A program made the translations under genes and the position numbers. This document shows positions 9,065-19,251 of a stretch of DNA of 32,000 nt, piece after piece (the first letter of the stretch is position 1; each line of letters opens with the position of its first letter). Source of the stretch: Candidatus Harpocratesius repetitus (GTDB lineage: Archaea; Asgardarchaeota; Lokiarchaeia; Sigyniarchaeales; Promethearchaeaceae); contig JAIZWK010000001.1 in assembly GCA_021498095.1 (NCBI GenBank), positions 510,001 through 542,000 on the forward strand, read 5' to 3'. The notes beneath the pieces are model-generated. The model had not been told where the DNA came from and ran no database searches. It saw only the letters and a program-made list of their open reading frames with translations.

Positions 9065-9399
9065 TGTTTATAAACCTTATAATGTGAGTCCGAGTAGATT
9101 AGACATTTTTTAATGAATTACGAAGCAAAATTTACAATATTATAAAATTTTTGTTATACAGCAATTGATGAATGGGCATAAATGTAATAAAATCACCAAT
9201 CACAATCTTGATCACTCTCGAATTTGATCTTGCAAAAAAAAAATATTCTATGAATTCAGCTCAGGTAATAGCAGTTGTTAAGGATTAAAATTTCAAATTT
9301 TTCTGCATTTTTTAATTTTTTACTATATTTTTTCGTTCTCTCTATTTAAAAATTAATTTGTCCAAAAAACTCAAATTGATTGGAATTTTGCATTTAATA

Positions 9400-10590
9400 A
9401 TGAATAAAGAACCGATCGATGAAAAGGAAAATCCCCAACCTAACGAAAATGAAAATCTTCAACTTGATCCATGGGGTCAGGGTTTATTCTCAGAGGAAGA
9501 TTATGAAAGGCTCACTCGTGAATTTGGAATTGAGTTAATTCAAGATTTGGAGATTTCTTATTCGATGTTTGAAAAAAATCGTTTCTTGAGGCGAAAAGTG
9601 ATTTATGGACATCGGGATTTTAACCAAATTGTTAATGCGATTCAACATCAAAAACCTTGGGCAGTAATGAGTGGAATCAAACCAAGCGGGCATTTTCACT
9701 TAGGTACTTTAACAACGGCATCAGAAATCGTAGAATTCCAAAAGATGGGGGGTTTTGTTTATTATTCAATTGCTGATATCGAATCTTTTGTGGATAATGG
9801 AATGCCTTACAAACAAAGTTTTGAATATGCTGTTGATAATTTAGCAGATGTATTAACACTTGGATTGGATCCTAAAAAGGCATATATTTGGCTTCAATCA
9901 AGGGAACCACGAGTTAAAGAAATGCCATTTCGAGCAGGGCGATATGTAACCAGCAATATGATGCGTGCAATCTATGGAGAACGCGATTTTGCCCTATATC
10001 TTGCAGCATTGGTTCAAGTAGGAGATATTTTCATGCCTCAATTGCGCGATACAGTCATGCCAACAGTTGTTCCGGTAGGTATTGACCAGGATCCTCATTT
10101 AAGATTAGTCCGAGACTTGACAAAACACTTTAAACGTTCAGAAATAAACCCAAAAACGGGTCAAGAAGAAGAAGTCCCCTTCTTTAAACCTAGTGCGACG
10201 TATCATAAATTGCTACCTGGATTAGACGATATTCACAAAAAAATGAGTAAATCCCGTCCCAACAGTTATTTTAACTTAGGAGATGAACCTAAGTCAATTA
10301 AAAAGAAAATTATGGGTGCTTACACTGGTGGTCGAAAGAACAAAGAAGAGCAAGAAAAACTTGGTGGAATTCCAGAGAATTGTATGGTTTATAAATTACT
10401 TGAAATTCATTTTCAAAAGGATGATTCAAAACTCCAAGATCGATATCAACGTTGCAGAAGTGGAATGTTATGTGGAAAATGCAAAAAAGAAGCAGTTCAA
10501 ATCATTTTAGATCATATTCAAGATCACAATGAAAGGAAAAAGGAGTATATTGAGCTTGCACGTGAAATCCTTTCGCAAGGTCCAGACTAG
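9400..10590 (+). CDS. trpS: Tryptophanyl-tRNA synthetase, archaeal type (ATG at 9400 preferred over TTG at 9358)
   Basis: HIGH-like PSGHFHLG, VPVGIDQDPHLRL, KMSKS, AYTGGR and C-terminal CGKCK. Confidence 0.95.
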   Translation: MNKEPIDEKENPQPNENENLQLDPWGQGLFSEEDYERLTREFGIELIQDLEISYSMFEKNRFLRRKVIYGHRDFNQIVNAIQHQKPWAVMSGIKPSGHFHLGTLTTASEIVEFQKMGGFVYYSIADIESFVDNGMPYKQSFEYAVDNLADVLTLGLDPKKAYIWLQSREPRVKEMPFRAGRYVTSNMMRAIYGERDFALYLAALVQVGDIFMPQLRDTVMPTVVPVGIDQDPHLRLVRDLTKHFKRSEINPKTGQEEEVPFFKPSATYHKLLPGLDDIHKKMSKSRPNSYFNLGDEPKSIKKKIMGAYTGGRKNKEEQEKLGGIPENCMVYKLLEIHFQKDDSKLQDRYQRCRSGMLCGKCKKEAVQIILDHIQDHNERKKEYIELAREILSQGPD

Positions 10591-10777
10591 TCCAATTTAC
10601 TATTTGATATTTAGAAATAAATAAGTAATTTTTTCTTTTTTCCTTAAATTTTTGGATTTTTAATCAAATCAAAAAATGAAAGCTTAGTTCTGATTCTAAA
10701 TAATTAGTGTTGATACGTTTCATAAAATAGAAGTAAAAAACAAAAAACAAAAAAAAATAAAGAACAGTGTTATGATT

Positions 10778-13363
10778 TTAAGCTGAAAAGGTAAATTCTC
10801 CGTTTTTATCAACATCCACTGTGATTTCCTGCTCTTCTTGAATACGACCTTCAAGAATTGCCACCGCTAATGGATCTTGTATATATCGTTGAATTGCTCG
10901 TTTCAGAGGACGGGCACCATATTCTGGATCAAATCCGATTTCAGCTAAACTCTCTCTAGCTTTTTCGCTCAATCGCACCTTAATATGTCGGCTTTTGAGT
11001 ATTCGGTTTAAGTCATTAATTTGAATATCTACAATTGCTTTTATCTGATCGACTTTGAGGAAATTGAAAGTGATTATATCATCTACTCGATTCAAAAATT
11101 CTGGTCGGAAGTATTGTTTAAGTAAACTATGAATTTCTTCTTGAGTAATAGGTGATCCGCTCTTATTTTTCTCAGCAATCAATGCACTTCCGATATTGCT
11201 TGTCATAATTAATACTGTATTTTTGAAATCAACGGTTCTTCCCTTTCCATCAGTAAGACGACCATCGTCTAAAACTTGAAGAAGCACATTAAAAACTTCT
11301 AAATGAGCTTTTTCAATCTCATCAAAAAGAATAACAGAATAGGGACGTCTACGAACTGCTTCAGTTAACTGCCCTCCTTCGTCATATCCCACATAACCTG
11401 GAGGTGCTCCAATCAACCTGGCGACACTGTGTTTCTCCATATATTCTGACATATCAATTCGAATTAAGGCTTCTTCACTATCGAAAAGGAACTCAGCTAA
11501 AGCTTTAGCAGTCTCTGTTTTTCCTACACCGGTTGGCCCTAGAAAAATGAAAGAGCCAATGGGACGGTTTGGATCTTGGATCCCTGAACGTGCTCTACGA
11601 ATTGCATTTGCTAATGTTGAAAGAGCCGCATCTTGTCCTACAACCCTCTTTCTAAGTCGATCTTCCATTTCTAGTAGTTTAGTACGTTCTCCTTCTAAAA
11701 GACGCGAAACTGGAATGTTCGTCCATTGTGAAATAATTTGTGCAATATCTTCTGCAGTAACTTCTTGGCGGAGCATGCGTTTCTCCTTTGATACTTCTTT
11801 TAATTTTTGGGTTAAGCGTTCTTTCTCCTTTTGCAAATCCAATCTGACACCATAACGCATTTTTGCCGCCTTTTCCAAGTCACCTTCGCGAGTGGCGCGT
11901 TCTTCTTCAAGTTTAGATTCTTCAATTCGTTTATTGATCGTTGAAATAGCATTGATAATCTTCTTTTCTTCTTCCCACTGTTTTTTCAAGTCTTCATATT
12001 GTTGTTGCAATTCATGAATCCGATCATCGCAAGCTTGTCGTTGTTTCTTCCCAGCTTCATCAGTTTCTTTTTTAAGAGCTTCTTTTTCAATTTGTAGTTG
12101 AATGATTTGTCGATGAATGTTATCCATTTCTAGCGGCATTGAATCCAATTCAATTCTTAGCCGAGAAGCGGCTTCATCAATTAAGTCGATGGCTTTATCT
12201 GGCAAAAACCGATCAGTAATATAACGGTGAGACAATGTTGCGGCTGCAATTAGCGCTTCATCTTTAATATGAATTCCATGATGAACTTCATATTTTTCTT
12301 TCAAACCGCGTAAGATTGTAATCGCCTGCTCTACGCTGGGTTCATTCACAAATACAGGTTGAAATCGGCGCGTAAGGGCTGTATCTTTTTCAATATATTT
12401 ACGATATTCTTTGACAGTTGTTGCGCCAATACATCTTAGTTCTCCCCGAGCAAGAGCAGGTTTTAACATGTTAGATGCATCCATAGCCCCTTCAGCTGCA
12501 CCTGCTCCAACCAAAGTGTGTAATTCATCAATGAAGAGAATATATTTTCCATTACTCTTTGTAATCTCTTTTAACACTGATTTTAATCGTTCTTCAAATT
12601 CACCACGATATTTGGCTCCAGCGACAAGTTGGCCAAGATCGAGAGATATTACAATCTTATCTTTCAAAGAAGATGGAACATCTCCATTGTGGATTCGTTG
12701 GGCAATACCTTCAACAATAGCAGTTTTTCCAGTCCCTGCATCTCCAATTAAAACAGGATTATTTTTAGTACGTCGTGAGAGGATGGTAATAACTCTACGA
12801 ATTTCTTCATCTCGACCTATTACTGGATCTAATTTACCTTGCCGTGCAAGATCGTTCAGATTTTTAGTATATTTTGCTAAGACATTGTATGTTCCTTCAG
12901 GATTTTGTGTATCTATCGTAGTATTCCCTCGAATTTCAGAAAGTGCTCGTAAAATGCGCTCATAAGTTAAACCATTCTTTTTGAATAAATTTGACAACGA
13001 ATAATCATTTCCCTTAGCCAACGCCAAGAAAAGATGTTCACCACTTAGGTATTGATCATTAAGTGAATCCATTTCGGCCATAGCTTCATTGATTAATCTG
13101 CTAAGGTCTCTTGATAAATAAATATCTCCCGTATTTCCTGTAACTTGTGGAATACGTTTAATTTCTTTATCTATTGCACTAGTGATCTGTTTTGGATTAA
13201 CACCTAATTTTTGCAGAATAAGTGTTCCAATTTCTGTTGGATCTGATAAAAGGGATTTGAATATATGTTCTATTTCTATTTGCTGATTATGATGATTTTC
13301 GGCAATATTTTTTGCCCGCATAATAGCTTCTTGTAATTTTACTGTAAATCGATTAAGTTCCAT
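10778..13363 (-). CDS. clpB: ClpB AAA+ disaggregase, bacterial type
   Basis: Clp N domain; NBD1 ([29 protein letters not shown]); long middle coiled coil; NBD2 ([33 protein letters not shown]). No ClpP-binding IGF loop noticed. Confidence 0.97.
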   Translation of the reverse strand: MELNRFTVKLQEAIMRAKNIAENHHNQQIEIEHIFKSLLSDPTEIGTLILQKLGVNPKQITSAIDKEIKRIPQVTGNTGDIYLSRDLSRLINEAMAEMDSLNDQYLSGEHLFLALAKGNDYSLSNLFKKNGLTYERILRALSEIRGNTTIDTQNPEGTYNVLAKYTKNLNDLARQGKLDPVIGRDEEIRRVITILSRRTKNNPVLIGDAGTGKTAIVEGIAQRIHNGDVPSSLKDKIVISLDLGQLVAGAKYRGEFEERLKSVLKEITKSNGKYILFIDELHTLVGAGAAEGAMDASNMLKPALARGELRCIGATTVKEYRKYIEKDTALTRRFQPVFVNEPSVEQAITILRGLKEKYEVHHGIHIKDEALIAAATLSHRYITDRFLPDKAIDLIDEAASRLRIELDSMPLEMDNIHRQIIQLQIEKEALKKETDEAGKKQRQACDDRIHELQQQYEDLKKQWEEEKKIINAISTINKRIEESKLEEERATREGDLEKAAKMRYGVRLDLQKEKERLTQKLKEVSKEKRMLRQEVTAEDIAQIISQWTNIPVSRLLEGERTKLLEMEDRLRKRVVGQDAALSTLANAIRRARSGIQDPNRPIGSFIFLGPTGVGKTETAKALAEFLFDSEEALIRIDMSEYMEKHSVARLIGAPPGYVGYDEGGQLTEAVRRRPYSVILFDEIEKAHLEVFNVLLQVLDDGRLTDGKGRTVDFKNTVLIMTSNIGSALIAEKNKSGSPITQEEIHSLLKQYFRPEFLNRVDDIITFNFLKVDQIKAIVDIQINDLNRILKSRHIKVRLSEKARESLAEIGFDPEYGARPLKRAIQRYIQDPLAVAILEGRIQEEQEITVDVDKNGEFTFSA

Positions 13364-13370
13364 GTATTAT

Positions 13371-13376
13371 TCACCT
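13371..13376 (-). promoter_or_regulatory. Shine-Dalgarno AGGTGA upstream of clpB
   Basis: Minus strand aaaAGGTGAataatacATG, with 7-nt spacing. Confidence 0.7.
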
Positions 13377-13453
13377 TTTTTTGTTTGGATTGTATGTGAT
13401 TTTTAATAATTCGATTCTTACTATTTATAAGGTTTTCTATCTATTTAAATTTT

Positions 13454-13472
13454 TGTCAACTTAAAGTTAACA
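13454..13472. promoter_or_regulatory. Imperfect palindrome next to a TATA-like box upstream of clpB (candidate operator)
   Basis: tgtcaactt-a-aagttaaca (arms 8/9 complementary), adjacent to minus-strand TTTAAATA at about 13442-13449. Confidence 0.3.
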
Positions 13473-13633
13473 TAAATAATACTGCTAATTATTTTCTTTT
13501 TTTCTTTAAAATACTTTTTATACTACTAGTTGCATTTTTCTTTCCTTGGAACATTTTAATAATTTAAATTTAGAAAATTTCGAAAAAGAATCACTATGAA
13601 GTTAAGAATCAGATTTAAAAGAAGAATAGATAA

Positions 13634-13655
13634 CCCCCCTCTTTGTAGAGGGGGG
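13634..13655. other. Perfect GC-rich hairpin in the nrdJ-clpB intergenic region
   Basis: cccccctct-ttgt-agagggggg: a 9-bp perfect stem with a 4-nt loop in very AT-rich surroundings. Function unknown. Confidence 0.6.
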
Positions 13656-14095
13656 CGCGTTTTCACGCATTGTGGGGTTTTTTTTTAGGTTTGGGGTTAA
13701 AATTTTGGGGATTTTACTATACTTTTGTTGTTTTTTGTGAGTTGTGATGTATGAATGAAAGGAAAATGATTTTATTGTGAGATAAGTATATGATTGTTAT
13801 GAAATTTTCCCAATTAGTGTGACTAAACTCATGAGTGTCGACGAATCAATTAATATCAGACAGATATCAGTGTTGATTCCATGGCACATAGTGAATCACA
13901 CTACGGGATTCTAAATAATAACAATGAGAAAAGCTATAAAAAAGCAAGGAGAACTCAAAACGAAAAATTACAAAAAATACATCGTCCATCCTTATGTCAT
14001 TTATATATAATGATTTACAAAATTAAAAAAAAGACATGATACTGGAAAAAAATAAAAAAAATATGGAATGGAAAACAAAAACAAAATATCAGATT

Positions 14096-16699
14096 TCAAA
14101 GAAGAATCATGCATCCAGATTCTTTTAGTTCATTCAACCATTTCCTCTGTTCTTCAATCATACTTTTTAGCGAATTTCCGGATAAATCAAGAAATTTAAT
14201 TTTCTTTAAATGTATAATTCCGTCAGGTAAACTTGATAACCCACAATTCTTCAAACTGAGCCTTTGTAAATTCACCAAATGCGAGAAATTTGACGGAAGC
14301 TCTGAAATTTTTTTGTTATAAAGTCCCACTTCAATGATGGTGCCATTTTTCACATGAAACCCAAAAGAATCAGAAGTTATGTTTTGTATCGAAGGAATTC
14401 TTTCATGCAAAATGCTTTCCATGTCGCGCAATACACTAGCTTCTTCAACTTGATGACAACTATCACCATCACAGTAGACCGTTCCAGCAGATTTTTCGTG
14501 AGTAATCCAAGTCTTAATTGGTTTTAATCCTTGAATTCGTCGTTCGTATTCTTCTTTGGTGATTTCTTCATATGGCATCTGCTTATATCCTGAATCTGTG
14601 AGTGGTAATAAGCTCAATCCTTTCAATTTATCTTCAACGAATTGCAACGCATATTTTAGATCTTTGATTTCTTCTTTCTTGAATGTAACTGTAATAGATA
14701 CTTGATTATCACTCCAGTAATGTTGGTAATCAATTGCATTAGCCAATTGTTCCCAGATCGAAACGTCCTTTTTCGCTCGCAAGAAATTCTTTTCGTGAAT
14801 AGGGAATTCCACAACCATACTATTATCTGAATAAGCATCAGGTTCAATATGATAATTTGCTTCTTTGAGAATATCAAGGAGTGTTGATTCTTTGGAAATT
14901 CGGATACGGCGAATGTAATACTCTGAATGAGGATAATGAATGCCAGGAGCGACACCAGGTAATAGACTTACTGTTCCACTTGGTTTTACTGTTGTTATTT
15001 TGATAGATTGAGGAACACAGAAAAAATCAGAATATTTTTCGTCTAATTCACGTAAATACCTATACCCTCTATCTGACCATTCCAATATGGCATGTCGCCC
15101 ATGTCGTGCAAATGCATCAATAATTCCAGTTTGGCTTGTTCCAATACGCCTATTCTTTCCCATAACAGCATTTGTTTCATTCCAATGAACATTAACTAAA
15201 GTAACAGATTTAGCATATAGATAAGCATACTTAAGAGTCTCTTCAAATTCCTCATAAGACTCATGCAAAGAAGGAAATGTTTCAACAAGACAGCATAATT
15301 CAAAGGATTCTAAAGTCTGTTCTCCACAAGGATTAACCCCAACGGCTTTTTTATCTTTATAATCAGGTGGATGTCCCATACGACTGTATGCTCGCGAATT
15401 TTCCAGCCATATAATTCCGGGTTCTCCATTTCTTGCAATAGAATCAATAATTTTACTGTAATCCATTCCTTTATGCCCAATGATGCTGTTGTTTGAAGCC
15501 CATCGATGATGATAAAGTGCCTTTTGATCTTGTTTGCAGTTTACATAAGCTTCATCATCCAAATCACCTAATGCAATTTCAGCAGAGCGCCGAACATTTC
15601 CTGCAACCACGCATTTACCAATTAAATTCATCATATCGACGATATCAACAGAAGAGAGAGTTTGACCGATACGTTGATCGAGAATCTCTTTTTGACTGTT
15701 TAACATTTCTTTTAAAGGTTCAGGACCTGATGCTACACCACCAAATCCTCGAATAAGCGAACCTGCGGGTCTAATTTTTGAAAAATCGTAAATCGGCATC
15801 GCATCTCCTTCAAAGTAAGCATTTAGCAAATGACGGAGTGCTTGCACCCAGCCTTCTCGGCTGTCAGGCACCTCAAACACAAAAGTTTCGTCTTTTGGTT
15901 TTTGGATAATTAATTTACCCGCTCCTTTCGTGTCAAAACCAACACCAACTCCCAACATCAATGCGTCCATTAACCATTCAAAAGCTTTTGTCTTTTTAAT
16001 CTGAATATCTTCAGTAGAGACAAAACCACAGTTGTTCAGCGCCATTGAACCATGTTTATCAATAAATTCTGTACCCATCATCCATAAACCCCGACCAGGG
16101 GGTAAAAATCTAAATGTCCAAATTTTTTCGAACATTCTTTGAGCAGATTTTTGAGCTTTCTCAGGATCCCATGGTAAGCCAAGATTATAACAGTGTTCCT
16201 TCTGAATACTGTAAACCCCTTCCACTACTCGCTGTACAGTTTCATAAAATTCTTCAGTGCGATTTTCTGATTCCAAATATCGAGCATAGGTGCGTTTATA
16301 AGTAATATATCCTAAAGGACCCCATTGAGGTTGTTTTCCAGCATATTGAGCCATGAATTTTGGGTCTAACTTAAATTTAATTACACTGCTGTTAATCAAT
16401 TTGGCGTAGATATTTCGTTCCCGTTCGTGACCTCGAGCTAAAAGATCCAAACACATTATTTCTCGTACCATGGATGTTTGAATCGTATCTAATCCTAAAA
16501 TTGTTATTCGTTTTAATGAATCTTTCACTACTTCAATACATTCATTCCAATCAAGCCCAGTTTCTTTATTAAGACTTTTTACCATCTTATCTGGATTAAA
16601 AGGTTTGAATGTACCCCGAGCATTTTTTACATGTCGGGGGAAAATACGTTCTAATGAGAAATTTATATTATTTTTTTCAGGTGGAATTGATTGAACCAT
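14096..16699 (-). CDS. nrdJ: Adenosylcobalamin-dependent (class II, monomeric RTPR-type) ribonucleotide reductase with N-terminal ATP cone and C-terminal LRR module
   Basis: TYKRTYAR, LPPGRGLW, ALNNCGF, GNVRRSAEI, radical-site NPCGEQ, TVKPSGTVS, DNQVSITV and tail CDGDSC. ATG at 16699 has an SD (gagggga) and is preferred over 16768. Confidence 0.95.
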   Translation of the reverse strand: MVQSIPPEKNNINFSLERIFPRHVKNARGTFKPFNPDKMVKSLNKETGLDWNECIEVVKDSLKRITILGLDTIQTSMVREIMCLDLLARGHERERNIYAKLINSSVIKFKLDPKFMAQYAGKQPQWGPLGYITYKRTYARYLESENRTEEFYETVQRVVEGVYSIQKEHCYNLGLPWDPEKAQKSAQRMFEKIWTFRFLPPGRGLWMMGTEFIDKHGSMALNNCGFVSTEDIQIKKTKAFEWLMDALMLGVGVGFDTKGAGKLIIQKPKDETFVFEVPDSREGWVQALRHLLNAYFEGDAMPIYDFSKIRPAGSLIRGFGGVASGPEPLKEMLNSQKEILDQRIGQTLSSVDIVDMMNLIGKCVVAGNVRRSAEIALGDLDDEAYVNCKQDQKALYHHRWASNNSIIGHKGMDYSKIIDSIARNGEPGIIWLENSRAYSRMGHPPDYKDKKAVGVNPCGEQTLESFELCCLVETFPSLHESYEEFEETLKYAYLYAKSVTLVNVHWNETNAVMGKNRRIGTSQTGIIDAFARHGRHAILEWSDRGYRYLRELDEKYSDFFCVPQSIKITTVKPSGTVSLLPGVAPGIHYPHSEYYIRRIRISKESTLLDILKEANYHIEPDAYSDNSMVVEFPIHEKNFLRAKKDVSIWEQLANAIDYQHYWSDNQVSITVTFKKEEIKDLKYALQFVEDKLKGLSLLPLTDSGYKQMPYEEITKEEYERRIQGLKPIKTWITHEKSAGTVYCDGDSCHQVEEASVLRDMESILHERIPSIQNITSDSFGFHVKNGTIIEVGLYNKKISELPSNFSHLVNLQRLSLKNCGLSSLPDGIIHLKKIKFLDLSGNSLKSMIEEQRKWLNELKESGCMILL

Positions 16700-17065
16700 A
16701 AAATCTCCCCTCTTCGATTTGTTCCGATTTGATTCGGCACAATCTATTACTTGGGTTTTTTTTTCCAATATAAATTAGTAACACAAATTGTTATTTGAAG
16801 TTCATTATTAAGAAAGGAACATACGTCTATTTAACATTAACAACCGACAATATTTTTTAGATTCATCGTTATTTTGATTAAAAAATTCTAAAGAAATATT
16901 TGTATCACTCATTTTGCAGAAAATATGATGTTAAAATGATAATTATTTCAATATATAGGCTCAATACGAGTATTTCTGTTCTTTTAAAAATATAATTCCG
17001 AATTTGCTTAATCTTTGCTTTCATAATTTTTATACCCAACGCAAACTTATTTAAATTGAAAATCA

Positions 17066-17923
17066 ATGTCATGGTTGCGAATTGAAAAGCTCACTGTTGA
17101 AGTAGAGGGAAAGAGAATTTTAAATGATTTCGATTTGAATATTGATCAAGGTGAGGTGCATGTTTTACTAGGTCCAAATGGAGCCGGAAAGACAACACTT
17201 ATCAAATCAATATTGGGTTTTAAGAATTATCACGTAGTAAATGGACATATTTACTTTAAAGATCAAGAAATCACACATTTCCCGATTAATGAGCGAATCC
17301 AAATGGGAATTGGCGTTCTGTTTCAACACCCACCTGCGATAAATGGTTTAAAACTTTCCAAATTATTAACAGTTTGTGGCGAAAAACGAGGAAATCATAA
17401 TGGAGAAATACAAGGAAATAATTATCAACAAATAGAATCGAGTAATTGCAGTGATGAATTTCCTCCATATATTCAAAGTTTAGCTGACCGCTTAAAATTT
17501 CCTCCTGATTATTTGAATCGAGATGTAAACATGGGATTTAGCGGTGGGGAAGTGAAGCGATCGGAAATTCTTCAGATGATGGTGTTGCAACCAGAATTAT
17601 TACTTTTTGATGAGCCTGATTCGGGGGTCGATGTCGAAAATGTTGAATTAATCGCCAAGATCATGCGAGAATTGCTCGATCGAGATAAAGTTCCATCAAA
17701 ACAAACAAAATCCGGATTGATAATTACTCATTTAGGTTATATTCTAAAATTTCTTGGACATATTACCCGAGCACATATAATGATGGATGGAACAATTACT
17801 TGTTCAGGCGACCCTGCGTTAATTATTCATTCAATTATGAAAAATGGTTTTGAAGCATGTCGTGAGTGCATTAGCTGCGTTGAAAGTTCAAGTATATTAA
17901 AGGAGGTTGATTTTACCCTATGA
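17066..17923 (+). CDS. sufC: SufC/SmsC Fe-S assembly ABC ATPase
   Basis: GPNGAGKT, FQHPP, RDVNMGFSGGEVKRSE, LFDEPDSGVD, IITHLG and a C-terminal CRECISC. ATGA overlap with sufB. Confidence 0.95.
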   Translation: MSWLRIEKLTVEVEGKRILNDFDLNIDQGEVHVLLGPNGAGKTTLIKSILGFKNYHVVNGHIYFKDQEITHFPINERIQMGIGVLFQHPPAINGLKLSKLLTVCGEKRGNHNGEIQGNNYQQIESSNCSDEFPPYIQSLADRLKFPPDYLNRDVNMGFSGGEVKRSEILQMMVLQPELLLFDEPDSGVDVENVELIAKIMRELLDRDKVPSKQTKSGLIITHLGYILKFLGHITRAHIMMDGTITCSGDPALIIHSIMKNGFEACRECISCVESSSILKEVDFTL

Positions 17924-19218
17924 ATACAAAGCAAAATATGACCAAAAGTGATAATGAACGTCAAATTTCATCTGAGGAAATCAAAAAGCGCGCAAAAGAA
18001 ATTATTGAAGCTGCAAGACAGAATAACGAAGACGGAATTGATTTAGACGCATACACTTTAGGTGACATTAATGAACCAGAAGCAACTATGCATTCAGAAG
18101 CGGACATCCCTGATGAATTAAAAGAATCTATGGATAAAGTGGGAATTGATATCAAAGAAAATAAAAGTGGAATCTATCTGCAAACTGGAAATAAACACGA
18201 TCTCTGCGTTAGTAATACACCGGGTGTAGAATTACTCCCAATTAAAGAAGCACTTAAAAAATATGATGGAACAGATGGAAAGTTCAATTTACAAGAATAT
18301 TTATGGAAAGCAGTACCATATGACAAAGATCAATATACAGCTGAAGCCGCCATTCAAGAAATTACCCAAGGATACTTTATCTATGCTCGAAAAGGTCAAA
18401 AAACAGTCTTTCCTTTGCAATCATGTTTGTTTGTAAATTTGCCTGGCATGAAACAAGTTGTTCATAATATTATTATTGCTGAAGAAGGTTCTGAATTAGA
18501 TATTATTACAGGTTGTTCAACACATAAAACTGCCAGAAAAGCTTTACATTTGGGAGTCTCTGAATTTTACGTAAAGAAAAATGCAAGAGTTTCTTTTACC
18601 ATGGTTCATAATTGGGCAGATGATACCAATGTTCGACCACGAACGGGTATAATTTTGGAAGATGATGCACAATTTTCCAATTTTTATATCGTTATGTCAG
18701 CGGTAAAGAATCTCCAAACCAATCCTGTTATAAAATTGGTTGGAAAAAACGCATCTTATTATGGCCAAACTTTAATTTATGGAAAAGGGGAAAGTTATTT
18801 TGATACCGGTGCAACCGCACATTTAATCGGGGAGGGCTCCAAAGCAGAAATTATTTCACGAGTATTAGCAGTAGATGGTGCTCATGTGAAAGCCAGAGGA
18901 ACGATTATAGGAGAAGGAAGAGATGTTACCGGCCATATTGATTGTTCTGCTCTAATTCTATCTGATCGATCTCGTGTTGACTCAATTCCTGAAATTCAAG
19001 CAAAAAACCCTGAAGTTACACTCACTCATGAAGCTTCGGTGGGAAAAATCGCAGATGAACATATAGAATATTTAATGAGTCGCGGCTTATCTGAAAGTGA
19101 GAGCATTAATCTAATTGTAAGTGGATTTCTCGATGTAGACACAAGCCCACTTCCAGAAAAACTTGCTAAAGAAACACAGAAAATAATTGAACTTGTTTCT
19201 GAAGCTGAGATGGGATAA
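17920..19218 (+). CDS. sufB: SufB/SmsB Fe-S scaffold
   Basis: HNIIIAEEGSELDIITGC, GHIDCSALIL, LTHEASVGKI, YLMSRGLSE, LIVSGF. Confidence 0.95.
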   Translation: MNTKQNMTKSDNERQISSEEIKKRAKEIIEAARQNNEDGIDLDAYTLGDINEPEATMHSEADIPDELKESMDKVGIDIKENKSGIYLQTGNKHDLCVSNTPGVELLPIKEALKKYDGTDGKFNLQEYLWKAVPYDKDQYTAEAAIQEITQGYFIYARKGQKTVFPLQSCLFVNLPGMKQVVHNIIIAEEGSELDIITGCSTHKTARKALHLGVSEFYVKKNARVSFTMVHNWADDTNVRPRTGIILEDDAQFSNFYIVMSAVKNLQTNPVIKLVGKNASYYGQTLIYGKGESYFDTGATAHLIGEGSKAEIISRVLAVDGAHVKARGTIIGEGRDVTGHIDCSALILSDRSRVDSIPEIQAKNPEVTLTHEASVGKIADEHIEYLMSRGLSESESINLIVSGFLDVDTSPLPEKLAKETQKIIELVSEAEMG

Positions 19219-19251
19219 AAATCAAATATTATCTTTTTCTTTTCTAATTTT

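Noticed and set aside
12411-12965. 184-aa plus-strand ORF (and 11547-11855)
   Set aside because: Antisense shadows of the conserved clpB frame.
13364-14095. Replication origin in the long AT-rich intergenic region with G-strings
   Set aside because: No ORB consensus (TTCCAGTGGAAAC-like) and no adjacent orc1/cdc6.
16949-16958. CAATATATAG resembling an NrdR-box core upstream of nrdJ
   Set aside because: The flanks do not match, it is a single copy about 250 bp from the start, it is equally TATA-like, and NrdR is mainly bacterial.
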